Assembly: GCA_963662945.1 (NCBI GenBank)
Contig: OY759974.1
Coordinates: forward strand, 1,472,001 to 1,536,000
Direction: 5' to 3'
Length of the DNA: 64,000 nt
From: Arcobacteraceae bacterium
GTDB lineage: Bacteria > Campylobacterota > Campylobacteria > Campylobacterales > Arcobacteraceae
The notes beneath the pieces are model-generated. The model saw nothing but the letters and a program-made list of their open reading frames with translations. It did not search any database and was not told the origin of the DNA. Position 1 is the first letter of the stretch, and each line of letters begins with the position of its first letter. The position numbers and the translations under genes are program-made. This document shows, in pieces, positions 12,187-21,634 of the stretch.

Positions 12187-13308
12187 ATGGAAAATATTTA
12201 TGTATATTTTGAAAATGGTACATTTTTAAGCGGAAAATCTTTTGGTGCAAAAGGAACAGCTGTAGGAGAGATTGTATTTAATACTTCAATGACAGGATAT
12301 CAAGAAATTATCACAGATCCAAGTTATGCTGGTCAATTTGTAACTTTTACAGCACCAGAAATTGGAAATGTAGGGGTAAATGAAGATGATAATGAAAGTA
12401 GTCAAATACACTGTAAAGGTGTATTTGTAAGAAGTTATAATGAATTTCACTCAAATTTTAGAGCACAAAATAGTTTATCTACATTATTAAAAGAGAATAA
12501 TACTTTAGGTATTTGTGAAATAGATACAAGATATATAACTAAAATGTTAAGAGATGAAGGTGCTATGATGATGATAGCATCAACTGAAATTTCATCAAAA
12601 GAAGAATTAAAACTTAAGTTAGAATCAAGTCCACGAATTGAGGATATAAACTATATAGAAATAGTAAGTACAAAAGACTCTTATATTCATAAGTATGGTG
12701 CATGGAATATGGATACTATGTCATATAACAAAGCTATGATGAGTGATAAAAAAGTTGTAGTAATTGACTTTGGAGTAAAAAGAAATATATTAAATGAACT
12801 TGTTGAGTCTGGACTTGAGGTTGAAGTAGTTCCAAGTAACTTTAAAGCAGATGATTTAATTCAGAGATTTAAAAATAAAGAGATAGGTGGCGTGTTTTTA
12901 AGTAATGGACCAGGTGATCCATTAACTTTAGTAAACGAAAAAGAGCAAATACAAAAATTAATAAATGAAGATATCCCAATGTTTGCTATCTGTCTTGGTC
13001 ATCAAATGTTAAGTATTGCACATGGCCATAATACATATAAGTTACCATTTGGACAACATGGTGGTAACCATCCAGTACAAAATAGTACAGGTGTAGTTGA
13101 AATTACAGCACAAAATCATAATTATAATGTACCAAAAAGTATTGAACAAATTGCAGATGTTACACATATTAATTTATTTGATAATACAATTGAGGGTGTT
13201 AAATATAAAAATAAACCCATATTCTCAGTACAACATCATCCAGAAGCAAGTCCTGGCCCGCATGAAAGTAAATATGTATTTAAAGAGTTTGCATCACTCG
13301 TTAAATAA
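12187..13308 (+). CDS. carA: Carbamoyl-phosphate synthase small subunit
   Basis: FNTSMTGYQEIITDPSY, LSNGPGDP, ICLGHQ, HPEASPGP. Confidence 0.98.
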   Translation: MENIYVYFENGTFLSGKSFGAKGTAVGEIVFNTSMTGYQEIITDPSYAGQFVTFTAPEIGNVGVNEDDNESSQIHCKGVFVRSYNEFHSNFRAQNSLSTLLKENNTLGICEIDTRYITKMLRDEGAMMMIASTEISSKEELKLKLESSPRIEDINYIEIVSTKDSYIHKYGAWNMDTMSYNKAMMSDKKVVVIDFGVKRNILNELVESGLEVEVVPSNFKADDLIQRFKNKEIGGVFLSNGPGDPLTLVNEKEQIQKLINEDIPMFAICLGHQMLSIAHGHNTYKLPFGQHGGNHPVQNSTGVVEITAQNHNYNVPKSIEQIADVTHINLFDNTIEGVKYKNKPIFSVQHHPEASPGPHESKYVFKEFASLVK

Positions 13309-13314
13309 ATTTAC

Positions 13315-13346
13315 AAAAAGGGCAACTTTGGAGTTGCCCTTTTTTT
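13315..13346 (+). terminator. Rho-independent terminator after carA (A-tract/T-tract, likely bidirectional)
   Basis: AAAAAGGGCAACT-TTGG-AGTTGCCCTTTTTTT. Confidence 0.9.
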
Positions 13347-13370
13347 ATAGAGAAATACAAAAGGATAAAT

Positions 13371-14135
13371 ATGAGTAAAGAAACAATAACATTTATAGGT
13401 AATGGAAATATGGCACTTTCTATTGCTGTTGGATTAAAAGAGATATTTAATATTGAAGTAGTTGGACGGAATAGAGAAAGTATAGAAAAATTTGAAAAAA
13501 AACTTGGTATAAAAGTTGAAAAACATCTTTTAGATGATTTTGATATTGCAAATAAAGTAATAATATTATGTGTAAAGCCAGCAAATATTCAAGAAGTTGG
13601 AGTAAAACTAAATGGTATAGCTAAAGAGTTATATTCAGTTTTGGCTGGGACAACATTAATGATGTTGAAAGAAAATATCAAATCATCTTCTACTGTAAGG
13701 GTTATGCCAAATCTAGCTGCAAGTGTAGGTGGATCTATGACGACACTTACAGGAGATAATAATTTGAAAGAAAAATCTTGTAAATTATTTGAGGCAATAG
13801 GGCAGACTCTTTGGTTAGATAGTGAAAAAGAATTGGATATTGCAACAGCAGTAGCAGGAAGTGGTCCTGCATATTTAGCATTAGTACATGAATCATTATG
13901 TGATGGAGCTGTAAAACAAGGGATGAAAAGAGCAGATGCAGTTAAAGTAGCAAATGGTTTATTTAAAGGGTTTGGTGATTTAGTATCAGTAACCCAAGCT
14001 ACTCATATTAAAGATGGGGTAATGAGTCCAGGTGGAACTACTGCAGCTGCCTATGCAAGCTTAGAAAAAGGGAATGTAAGATTTAGTTTTATAGAAGCTG
14101 TTGAATCTGCATTTCAAGTAACACAAAAAAAATAG
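13371..14135 (+). CDS. proC: Pyrroline-5-carboxylate reductase
   Basis: FIGNGNMA, RVMPN, GSGPAY, SPGGTT. Confidence 0.95.
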   Translation: MSKETITFIGNGNMALSIAVGLKEIFNIEVVGRNRESIEKFEKKLGIKVEKHLLDDFDIANKVIILCVKPANIQEVGVKLNGIAKELYSVLAGTTLMMLKENIKSSSTVRVMPNLAASVGGSMTTLTGDNNLKEKSCKLFEAIGQTLWLDSEKELDIATAVAGSGPAYLALVHESLCDGAVKQGMKRADAVKVANGLFKGFGDLVSVTQATHIKDGVMSPGGTTAAAYASLEKGNVRFSFIEAVESAFQVTQKK

Positions 14136-14144
14136 AGGTAAAGT

Positions 14145-15377
14145 ATGGATAGTTTTTTGATAAAAGCAAAAGAAGCAACAAAAATTATTGCTAATCTCAG
14201 TGGTAAAATAAAAAACGATATATTGTACAAAATGGCAGATGCTCTTTTAGACAATAGTGATTATATTATAAATGAAAATAAAAAAGATATGGAAGCTGGA
14301 ATTACAAATAATTTATCAGCAGCTTTAATGGACAGATTATTATTAAATGAAGAAAGAGTGAAAGGTATGGCTATAGCGATTAAAGAGATAGCTGTGTTGA
14401 AAAATCCTGTTGGAAGAACCCATGAAGGATGGATTGTTGACAATGGAATGAATATACAAAAAGTATCTGTGCCAATAGGGGTCATTGGAATTATTTATGA
14501 AAGTAGACCAAATGTTACAAGTGATACAGCAGCATTATGTTTTAAAAGTGGAAATATTTGTATATTAAAAGGTGGAAAAGAAGCAGAAAACTCAAATAAA
14601 GCTATTGCTAAAACATTACAAGAGGTATTAGAAAAGAATAATTTACCAAAAGAAGCAATTTCTCTTTTACCAGATAGTAGTAGAGAAGGTGTTGCAAATC
14701 TAATAAAACAAGATAAATACGTAGATTTGATTATTCCAAGAGGTGGTGAAGCACTAATAAAATTTGTAAGTACAAATGCAAGTGTACCTGTAGTAAAGCA
14801 TGATAAAGGATTGTGCCATACTTATATAGATAGTGATGCAAATATAGAGAAAGCAGTCAAAATTTCTTTAAATGCAAAATGTAGAAGAGTAGGTATATGT
14901 GGAGCAATGGAAACTATGTTAATACACAAAGATATTGCAATACAAATTTTACCTATATTACAAAAAAAGTTTCAAGAATTTAACACTGAATTAAGAGGGT
15001 GTGAAAAGACACAAAAAATTATAGCAGTAAGTAGTGCTTCTGAAGAAGATTTTAATACGGAGTATTTGGATAATATTTTATCAATTAAAATTGTATCTGA
15101 TGTAGAAGAAGCTTGTGATCATGTCTCAAAATATGGTTCAGGACATAGTGATGCAATTATTACAGAAAATCATACTACAGCAGAGATTTTTTTAAATAGT
15201 ATCGATAGTGCTTGTGTATATTTGAATGCAAGTACTCAATTTACTGATGGTGGAGAGTTTGGATTTGGTGCTGAAGTTGGTATAAGTACAAATAAACTTC
15301 ATGCACGTGGTCCAATGGGAATTAATGAACTTACTACCTACAAATACAAAATTTATGGAGATGGGCAAATCCGATAG
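14145..15377 (+). CDS. proA: Gamma-glutamyl phosphate reductase
   Basis: IIYESRPNVT, LKGGKEA, GAEVGISTNKLHARGPMG. Confidence 0.97.
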   Translation: MDSFLIKAKEATKIIANLSGKIKNDILYKMADALLDNSDYIINENKKDMEAGITNNLSAALMDRLLLNEERVKGMAIAIKEIAVLKNPVGRTHEGWIVDNGMNIQKVSVPIGVIGIIYESRPNVTSDTAALCFKSGNICILKGGKEAENSNKAIAKTLQEVLEKNNLPKEAISLLPDSSREGVANLIKQDKYVDLIIPRGGEALIKFVSTNASVPVVKHDKGLCHTYIDSDANIEKAVKISLNAKCRRVGICGAMETMLIHKDIAIQILPILQKKFQEFNTELRGCEKTQKIIAVSSASEEDFNTEYLDNILSIKIVSDVEEACDHVSKYGSGHSDAIITENHTTAEIFLNSIDSACVYLNASTQFTDGGEFGFGAEVGISTNKLHARGPMGINELTTYKYKIYGDGQIR

Positions 15378-15390
15378 CTATAAATAAATA

Positions 15391-15414
15391 TTAAAACTTT
15401 TATGAAAGTTTTAA
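15391..15414. other. AT-rich inverted repeat between proA and fdx (weak terminator or operator)
   Basis: TTAAAACTTT-TATG-AAAGTTTTAA. Confidence 0.4.
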
Positions 15415-15471
15415 AGATAGTTTTATTTTATCTATGATAAAGTTACCTAAATTAAATATAGGAGAGAGAAG

Positions 15472-15732
15472 ATGGCAGTAGTTATTACAGACACATGTAT
15501 ATCTTGTGATGCTTGTTTAGATGAGTGTCCAACAGGATCAATCGTTGATAACGATGAAAACCCAACAGGAGAGGATATTTATTATGTAAATCCAGAAACT
15601 TGTACAGAGTGTGTTGGAGATCATGATCAACCAGCATGTGCTGAAGCTTGTCCTACTGAGGGTTGTATAGTATGGGGTGAAAATCCTAAGCATGAAGGTG
15701 CAGTTGCAGGGCAACCTTGTATAGAAGATTAA
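15472..15732 (+). CDS. 2[4Fe-4S] ferredoxin
   Basis: CISCDACLDECP and CTEC...CAEACP motifs. Confidence 0.93.
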   Translation: MAVVITDTCISCDACLDECPTGSIVDNDENPTGEDIYYVNPETCTECVGDHDQPACAEACPTEGCIVWGENPKHEGAVAGQPCIED

Positions 15733-15755
15733 TTCTAAACTATTAATTTAGGAAT

Positions 15756-15792
15756 AAAAAAGGTAAGAGATTCAATTCTCTTGCCTTTTTTT
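15756..15792 (+). terminator. Rho-independent terminator after ferredoxin
   Basis: AAAAAAGGTAAGAGA-loop-TCTCTTGCCTTTTTTT. Confidence 0.85.
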
Positions 15793-15803
15793 ATTTTTTT
15801 AGC

Positions 15804-15819
15804 TATAATCCGCAACTTT
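15804..15819 (+). promoter_or_regulatory. sigma70 -10 (TATAAT) with GC-rich discriminator for ndk operon
   Basis: GCTATAATCCGCAACTTT upstream of ndk RBS AGGAG. Confidence 0.6.
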
Positions 15820-15841
15820 AATTAATATATAGGAGAATATA

Positions 15842-16258
15842 ATGGAACAAACATTATCAATCATCAAGCCAGATGCTGTTGCAAAGAATGTTGTAGGTAA
15901 AATCTTAGATAGATTTGAAACAGCAGGTTTAAGAATTGCAGCAACAAAAAAAATTCAACTGTCAAGAGCAGAAGCAGAAGCATTCTATGCTGTTCACTCA
16001 GAAAGACCTTTCTTTGGAGAACTAGTAGAATTCATGATTTCAGGGCCAGTTGTAGTATCTGTACTTGAAGGTGAAAATGCAATGGCAAAAAATAGAGACT
16101 TAATGGGAGCTACAAATCCTAAAGAAGCAGCAGCTGGAACAATAAGAGCTGATTTCGCAGAATCTATTGATGCAAATGCAGTACATGGTTCTGATTCATT
16201 AGAAAATGCTGCAATTGAGATAAACTTCTTTTTGCAAAAAAAGATATTTGTTAATTAA
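15842..16258 (+). CDS. ndk: Nucleoside diphosphate kinase (C-terminus probably frameshifted; expected stop at 16254)
   Basis: [28 protein letters not shown]. Confidence 0.96.
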   Translation: MEQTLSIIKPDAVAKNVVGKILDRFETAGLRIAATKKIQLSRAEAEAFYAVHSERPFFGELVEFMISGPVVVSVLEGENAMAKNRDLMGATNPKEAAAGTIRADFAESIDANAVHGSDSLENAAIEINFFLQKKIFVN

Positions 16259-16263
16259 AATTA

Positions 16264-16641
16264 ATGAAAATAGAGTTTCGAAAGATACCGCTAAATTCAA
16301 GTGAATTTGAAATTGATTCAGATTCAGTTAAATTTTCAGGAACTTTCAGTAAAATATCATCAAAACTTGCTAAAATTGATGGAAAAATTGAAGGTAATAT
16401 AGATGTAGATTGTTGTAAATGTGGACAATCTATGGATATATCTTTAGATGAACCAACAACTTTTTTAGTTAGCGATGGTGTATACTCTAGTGAAGATGAA
16501 GAATATATAGTAATTGAAGTTGAAAATCATATTTTAGATTTTGATGAAATATTACAAAGTGAGCTAGAGTCACTAAAATCAGAGTATTATATTTGTGATA
16601 CTTGTAAAAAAAATAACGACTATGTCGAAATAGAATATTAA
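16264..16641 (+). CDS. YceD/DUF177-like protein
   Basis: CxxC pairs (CCKC, CDTC), position directly before rpmF-plsX. Confidence 0.75.
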   Translation: MKIEFRKIPLNSSEFEIDSDSVKFSGTFSKISSKLAKIDGKIEGNIDVDCCKCGQSMDISLDEPTTFLVSDGVYSSEDEEYIVIEVENHILDFDEILQSELESLKSEYYICDTCKKNNDYVEIEY

Positions 16642-16650
16642 GGATAAAAA

Positions 16651-16803
16651 ATGGCAGTACCAAAGCGAAGAGTGAGTCACTCAAGAAGTGCAAAAAGAAG
16701 AACACACTACAAAATTACTTTAAAAAGACCAGTAAAAGATACAGATGGGACATGGAAAATGCCTCATAATGTAAACCCTACTACAGGTGAATATAAAAAC
16801 TAA
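16651..16803 (+). CDS. rpmF: 50S ribosomal protein L32 (not in ORF track)
   Basis: Translates [62 protein letters not shown] overlap with plsX. Confidence 0.97.
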   Translation: MAVPKRRVSHSRSAKRRTHYKITLKRPVKDTDGTWKMPHNVNPTTGEYKN

Positions 16804-17792
16804 TGCTAAAAATAGCAATAGATGCAATGGGTGGAGACAATGGTCCTTCACCTGTTATAGATGGCTTAATTTTAGCACTAAAAAAAGATAGACACTTTAA
16901 TGCTATTTTAGTTGGTAAAAAAGAAGAACTTTTACCTTTAATTCCTCAACGATTTAATGAACGTATAACAATACACGAAGCTAGCGATGTTATAAGCATG
17001 CATGATCATGCAACTGATGCACTTAAAAGAAAAGAAAGCAGTGCTTATGTTGCTATTGATTTAGTAAAAGAGGGGCTTGCAGATGCCTATGTAAGTGCAG
17101 GGCATAGTGGTGCTTCTATGAGTTTAGCAACATTAAGAATAGGAAGAATTAAAGGTGTAAGTAGACCAGCTATTGCTACACTAATGCCTACGGTAAATGG
17201 GACAACATTAGTATTAGATGTTGGTGCAAATGTTGATTGTGATGCTAAAAATCTTTTAGAATTTGGCGTAATGGGAAGAATTTATGCTGAAGATGTTCTT
17301 GGTATTGATAATCCATTAGTAGGATTATTAAGTAACGGAGAAGAAGAGTCTAAAGGGAATGAAGTTACAAAAGCAGCATTTAAACTTTTAGAAAAAACAC
17401 CTAATTTTGTTGGAAATGTGGAAGGAAATGATATTTTCAATGGAACAGTTGATGTTGTTGTTTGTGATGGTTTTGTAGGAAATATTCTTCTTAAAACAGC
17501 AGAAGGTGTAGCTGATACAATTGGTAAAATAATTAAAGATAATTTACGAAGATCACTAGTATCAATTACAGGTGCTGTTTTAATGAGAAAAGTATTTAAA
17601 AAATTAAAACTAAAAGTTGATTACGCCGAATATGGTGGGGCACCTTTAATTGGTGTTAAAGCACCGGTTATTATTGCACATGGTAAGTCAAATGCAAAAG
17701 CAATGAAAAATGCAATATTTCAGGCAATATCTGCAGCAGATTCAAATCTAAATATTGACATTGAAGAGAAATTAAGACAATTTAAGGATTAA
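16803..17792 (+). CDS. plsX: Phosphate acyltransferase PlsX
   Basis: [38 protein letters not shown]. Confidence 0.97.
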   Translation: MLKIAIDAMGGDNGPSPVIDGLILALKKDRHFNAILVGKKEELLPLIPQRFNERITIHEASDVISMHDHATDALKRKESSAYVAIDLVKEGLADAYVSAGHSGASMSLATLRIGRIKGVSRPAIATLMPTVNGTTLVLDVGANVDCDAKNLLEFGVMGRIYAEDVLGIDNPLVGLLSNGEEESKGNEVTKAAFKLLEKTPNFVGNVEGNDIFNGTVDVVVCDGFVGNILLKTAEGVADTIGKIIKDNLRRSLVSITGAVLMRKVFKKLKLKVDYAEYGGAPLIGVKAPVIIAHGKSNAKAMKNAIFQAISAADSNLNIDIEEKLRQFKD

Positions 17793-17797
17793 TATTT

Positions 17798-18757
17798 ATG
17801 TATGCTTCGTTTAAGTCTATAGGTGCTTATATGCCTAGTGAGATTCGTACAAATCAATGGTTTATTGATAGAATGGATACTAGTGATGAATGGATTACAA
17901 AAAGAACAGGTATTAAAGAACGAAGAATTGCATCTGATGATGAAGAAACGAGTGATTTAGGTGCAAAAGCAGCACAAATTGCAATTGACAGAGCAGGCAT
18001 ATCTAATAATGATATAGATTTGATAATATGTGCAACAATTAGTCCTGATTATATGTGTATGCCTTCAACTGCATGTTTAATAGCAGAGAAGTTGGGAAGA
18101 AGAGATGTTATGGCACTTGATATAAGTGCTGCATGTACTGGATTTATATATGCATTAAGTGTTGCAAAAGCTTTTATTGAATCAGGTATGAAAAAAAATG
18201 TGTTAATAATTGGTGCCGAAAAACTAAGTAATATTGTTGACTATACAGATAGAACTACTTGTATGCTTTTTGGTGATGGGGCAGGTGCCGCTGTTATAAG
18301 TTCTACAGAAGATAAAAATGAAGCAATTATAGATATTCAATGTAGTGCTGATGGAAGTCAGAAAGACTTACTTTTAACTCCAAGTGTTCAGAGTAGCGAA
18401 GCTTCTTTTATGCAGATGAAAGGAAATGAAACTTTTAAAATAGCAGTAAGAACACTTACTTCTGATGTGCAAAAGATTATGGAAAAAAATAATTATAAAA
18501 ATGAAGATATAGATCTTTTTATACCGCATCAAGCAAATTATAGAATAATAAAAGCTGTAGGGGATGCTCTAAACTTTGAAGATAATCAAAAAGTATTAAC
18601 TGTTGATAAATATGGTAATACATCTTCTGCATCAATTCCAATGGCAATAAATGAATGTTTTGAAGATGGACGTTTAACAAAAGGGAAAACAATTTTACTT
18701 GATGCTTTTGGTGGCGGATTAACTTGGGGTTCTGCAATTATTAAATTTAATGGTTAA
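17798..18757 (+). CDS. fabH: 3-oxoacyl-ACP synthase III
   Basis: [35 protein letters not shown]. Confidence 0.97.
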   Translation: MYASFKSIGAYMPSEIRTNQWFIDRMDTSDEWITKRTGIKERRIASDDEETSDLGAKAAQIAIDRAGISNNDIDLIICATISPDYMCMPSTACLIAEKLGRRDVMALDISAACTGFIYALSVAKAFIESGMKKNVLIIGAEKLSNIVDYTDRTTCMLFGDGAGAAVISSTEDKNEAIIDIQCSADGSQKDLLLTPSVQSSEASFMQMKGNETFKIAVRTLTSDVQKIMEKNNYKNEDIDLFIPHQANYRIIKAVGDALNFEDNQKVLTVDKYGNTSSASIPMAINECFEDGRLTKGKTILLDAFGGGLTWGSAIIKFNG

Positions 18758-18759
18758 GC

Positions 18760-18765
18760 TATAAT
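18760..18765 (+). promoter_or_regulatory. sigma70 -10 box for the riboswitch leader transcript
   Basis: GCTATAAT right after the fabH stop, ~25 nt before the aptamer. Confidence 0.55.
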
Positions 18766-18789
18766 TAAATATAGTCTTGATACAATCAA

Positions 18790-18866
18790 CTAAATAGCCA
18801 AACTTACTGTGAAGTAAGGACGGAAAGCTACGGATCTTGATTTTAAGATGGCCGAGTTGCAACTTA
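18790..18866 (+). ncRNA. Cyclic di-GMP-I (GEMM) riboswitch aptamer
   Basis: AG-CC-AAA-CTTACT-GTGA-AGTAAG-GAC-GG-AAA-GCTACGG-ATCTTGA-TT-TTAAGAT-GGCCGAGTTGC matches GEMM architecture: GNRA-capped P2, GAC..AAAG junction, compensatory CC/GG pair, P3 hairpin, ligand residues G20/A47/C92 equivalents at 18797/18824/18860. Confidence 0.88.
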
Positions 18867-18921
18867 CAATACAACTCTCAATTTTTAAATCAATATTTAT
18901 TTTAAATTTATAGGACTAACA

Positions 18922-19170
18922 ATGATTAAGAATCAGAAAAATGGTAGAATAAATTTTAAAATGGTATTGATATTAACATTAATCCTAGCTGGTTTTATTT
19001 ACTATTGGTATGTAACTAAAGATTCTTTAGATGAAACATATAAAATAAAATCAGCAGGTGGTGATTTTGGATATAAGCAGACTTATATCAATAGAACAGG
19101 GAAAGATGTTGAAGAAAAAAAAATTAATCTATCTGATGATTATTGGACTGGCGGTAAGTTTGGTTTTTAG
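18922..19170 (+). CDS. Small single-TM protein, riboswitch-controlled (paralogue 1)
   Basis: AGGA RBS, N-term TM, C-term TYINRTG...KINLSDDYWTGGKFGF. Confidence 0.8.
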   Translation: MIKNQKNGRINFKMVLILTLILAGFIYYWYVTKDSLDETYKIKSAGGDFGYKQTYINRTGKDVEEKKINLSDDYWTGGKFGF

Positions 19171-19190
19171 TTTATAATGAGGAGAATATT

Positions 19191-19403
19191 ATGAATAAGA
19201 AAACGACATCAATTATTGCAATAATTGCAGCATTTAGTTTTATTGTGATAACAAATTTTGATACTTTAACAAAAAAAAGTGATGAGAAGTATGTAATTCA
19301 AAAATGGCAATCTACATATATTAATTCAACAGGTCAAAAAGCAAAAGATAATAAAATAGAGCTTTCAAATAACTATTGGGAAGGTGGAAAGTTTAGTTTT
19401 TAA
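19191..19403 (+). CDS. Small single-TM/signal-anchor protein (paralogue 2)
   Basis: GAGGAG RBS, N-term hydrophobic helix, C-term TYINSTG...KIELSNNYWEGGKFSF. Confidence 0.8.
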   Translation: MNKKTTSIIAIIAAFSFIVITNFDTLTKKSDEKYVIQKWQSTYINSTGQKAKDNKIELSNNYWEGGKFSF

Positions 19404-19422
19404 TTATAATTAAAACTAAACT
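19390..19422. terminator. Near-perfect 33-bp palindrome over the overlapping stops of paralogue 2 and clpA
   Basis: AGTTTAGTTTTT-AATTATAATT-AAAACTAAACT (one bulged T). Confidence 0.45.
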
Positions 19423-21631
19423 CTTCTCCTTTATAGTCTATTGTAACATTCCCACCATCTTTTAAAGCTCCAAAGAGAATTTCATCTGTTAGTGGTGTTT
19501 TGATATATTCTGTAATAACTCTTTGAAGTGGTCTCGCTCCCATAAGTTTATCATATCCTTTGTGTGCTAATTCTTTTTTCGCATTGGTTGTTAACTTAAT
19601 AGTTATATTTTTATCAGCTAAATTAGCTTCTAAATCTTTAATAAACTTAGTTACAATTTTTAATAATATTGGTTGTGTAAGTTGTTCAAATTTTACAACA
19701 GTATCAAGTCTATTTCTAAACTCTGGTGCAAAGAATTTTTTTACAGCTTTATCTTCATTAAGATTATCATCTTTTGCAAATCCCATAATACTAGCTTGAG
19801 TTGCACCAAGGTTTGATGTCATAATTAATATAACATTTTGAAAACTAGCTACAGTACCATTATTATCTGTAAGGGTTGCATTATCCATAACTTGTAGAAG
19901 TAAAGACATAAGATCAGGATGTGCTTTTTCAATTTCATCTAGAAGTAATACAGTGTGAGGATGTTTTTTAATAGATTCTGTTAATAATCCCCCTTTCTCA
20001 TAACCAATATATCCAGCAGGGGCACCAATAAGACGACTTACTGTATGTGCTTCTCCATATTCAGACATATCAAATCTTTCAAAATGAATACCCATAACGT
20101 GAGCTAATTCTTTAGCAACTTCGGTTTTTCCAACTCCTGTACTTCCTGTAAATAAGAAACTACCTACTGGCTTATTGTCTATACCCATACCAGATCGATT
20201 TATTTTAATTGATTTTACAATTGTTTTAATTGCTTCGTCTTGACCAAATACTCTTTTTTGAAGATTTAGTTCTAGATTTTTTAACAAACTTAAATCTGAT
20301 TTAGTTGCAGTTTTTGGTGGAATTTGGGCAATATTTGCAATTGTATTTTCTACATCTTTTTCTGTAATTTTAACAATTTTCCCTTTTTTAGAAAGCTTCA
20401 CTGTTGCTGCAACTTCATCTATTACATCAATTGCACTATCTGGTAAAAATCTATCGTTAATAAATTTTTTACTTAATTCAACGGCTAATTTTAAACTCTC
20501 CCCAGTATATTGTACATTGTGAAACTCTTCATATTTTGCTTTTAAGCCTTCTAGAATTAATACACAATCATCAAGAGAAGGCTCTTTTACTTCAACTTTT
20601 GCAAATCGTCTACTAAAAGCTTTATCTTTTCCAAAGTCATTTCGATATTCTTCATAAGTTGTAGCACCAATAACTCTGAGTTTTCCTGAACTAAGCATAG
20701 GTTTTAAGATATTTGATGCATCCATTGCACTATTTCCTACACTTCCTGCACCCACTACTGTATGGATTTCATCTATGAAAAGAATAGCATTTTTCTTTCT
20801 ACTTACCTCTTGCAAAACAGCTTTGAGTTTCTTCTCAAAATCACCTCTGTATTTAGTTCCAGCAATCATCGAACCCATATCTAAAGAATATATTTTTGCA
20901 TCACGTAGAAATTCAGGTACTTTTTCATTTACAATTTCTAATGCTAATCCTTCTGCAATGGCAGTTTTCCCAACACCAGTTTCCCCTAAAAGAATTGGAT
21001 TGTTTTTCTTTCTTCTTGCTAATATTTCAATAACTCTTTTTATCTCTTTATCACGTCCAATAACAGGATCAATTTGTCCCTCTTTAGCAAGGGACACAAG
21101 TTCAACACTATTTTGTTGCAAAGGTGTTTCTTGAGTTTTCTTTTTGTAATCTTTTACTTTACTAAATTCAAGTGGTGTATCATCATCTTCTTGTTCTCTA
21201 GATTCTCCATGGCTTATCTCTTCAAGAATATCAATTCTTTCTAAACCATATTCTCTTAAAAGAAAAGTACAATATGCTTTTTCATCTTTTAGGATATAGA
21301 CGAACATATCTTCAACTGTTGATTCTCCTTTTCCTGAAAGTTGAGAATGTGAAACCATTTGTTCTATTGTAGTAGTTAATGTAACTGTTTCTATTGGATC
21401 TTCATTTTTATATTCTTCAGGATATTGTGGAGTGTTTTCTAGAATATAATTTTTTAGTTTTATTTCAACATCTTCAACATCTATGTTTAATTGATTTAAA
21501 ATACCAAAAATAGACTGTTCTTTTAAAAGATAGACAAAAATATGTTCAATTGTTATATATTCATGTCTATTTGCTCTTGCATAGTTTACTGCTTCAGAAA
21601 ATACTCTTTGTAGATTTTTACTTATTAACAT
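19400..21631 (-). CDS. clpA: ATP-dependent Clp protease ATP-binding subunit ClpA
   Basis: Two AAA modules (GETGVGKT, GSTGVGKT), RFDMSEY, no ClpB/C middle coiled coil, clpS upstream. Confidence 0.96.
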   Translation of the reverse strand: MLISKNLQRVFSEAVNYARANRHEYITIEHIFVYLLKEQSIFGILNQLNIDVEDVEIKLKNYILENTPQYPEEYKNEDPIETVTLTTTIEQMVSHSQLSGKGESTVEDMFVYILKDEKAYCTFLLREYGLERIDILEEISHGESREQEDDDTPLEFSKVKDYKKKTQETPLQQNSVELVSLAKEGQIDPVIGRDKEIKRVIEILARRKKNNPILLGETGVGKTAIAEGLALEIVNEKVPEFLRDAKIYSLDMGSMIAGTKYRGDFEKKLKAVLQEVSRKKNAILFIDEIHTVVGAGSVGNSAMDASNILKPMLSSGKLRVIGATTYEEYRNDFGKDKAFSRRFAKVEVKEPSLDDCVLILEGLKAKYEEFHNVQYTGESLKLAVELSKKFINDRFLPDSAIDVIDEVAATVKLSKKGKIVKITEKDVENTIANIAQIPPKTATKSDLSLLKNLELNLQKRVFGQDEAIKTIVKSIKINRSGMGIDNKPVGSFLFTGSTGVGKTEVAKELAHVMGIHFERFDMSEYGEAHTVSRLIGAPAGYIGYEKGGLLTESIKKHPHTVLLLDEIEKAHPDLMSLLLQVMDNATLTDNNGTVASFQNVILIMTSNLGATQASIMGFAKDDNLNEDKAVKKFFAPEFRNRLDTVVKFEQLTQPILLKIVTKFIKDLEANLADKNITIKLTTNAKKELAHKGYDKLMGARPLQRVITEYIKTPLTDEILFGALKDGGNVTIDYKGEEFSFNYN

Positions 21632-21634
21632 TTT

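Noticed and set aside
18790-18866. cGAMP-sensing (GEMM-Ib) variant of the riboswitch
   Set aside because: The position equivalent to nucleotide 20 is G (18797), not A, so canonical c-di-GMP specificity is expected.
18922-19010. Type IV prepilin-like leader (KNQKNG|RINF) in paralogue 1
   Set aside because: No hydrophobic +1 or Glu+5 after the Gly, and paralogue 2 has no such leader.
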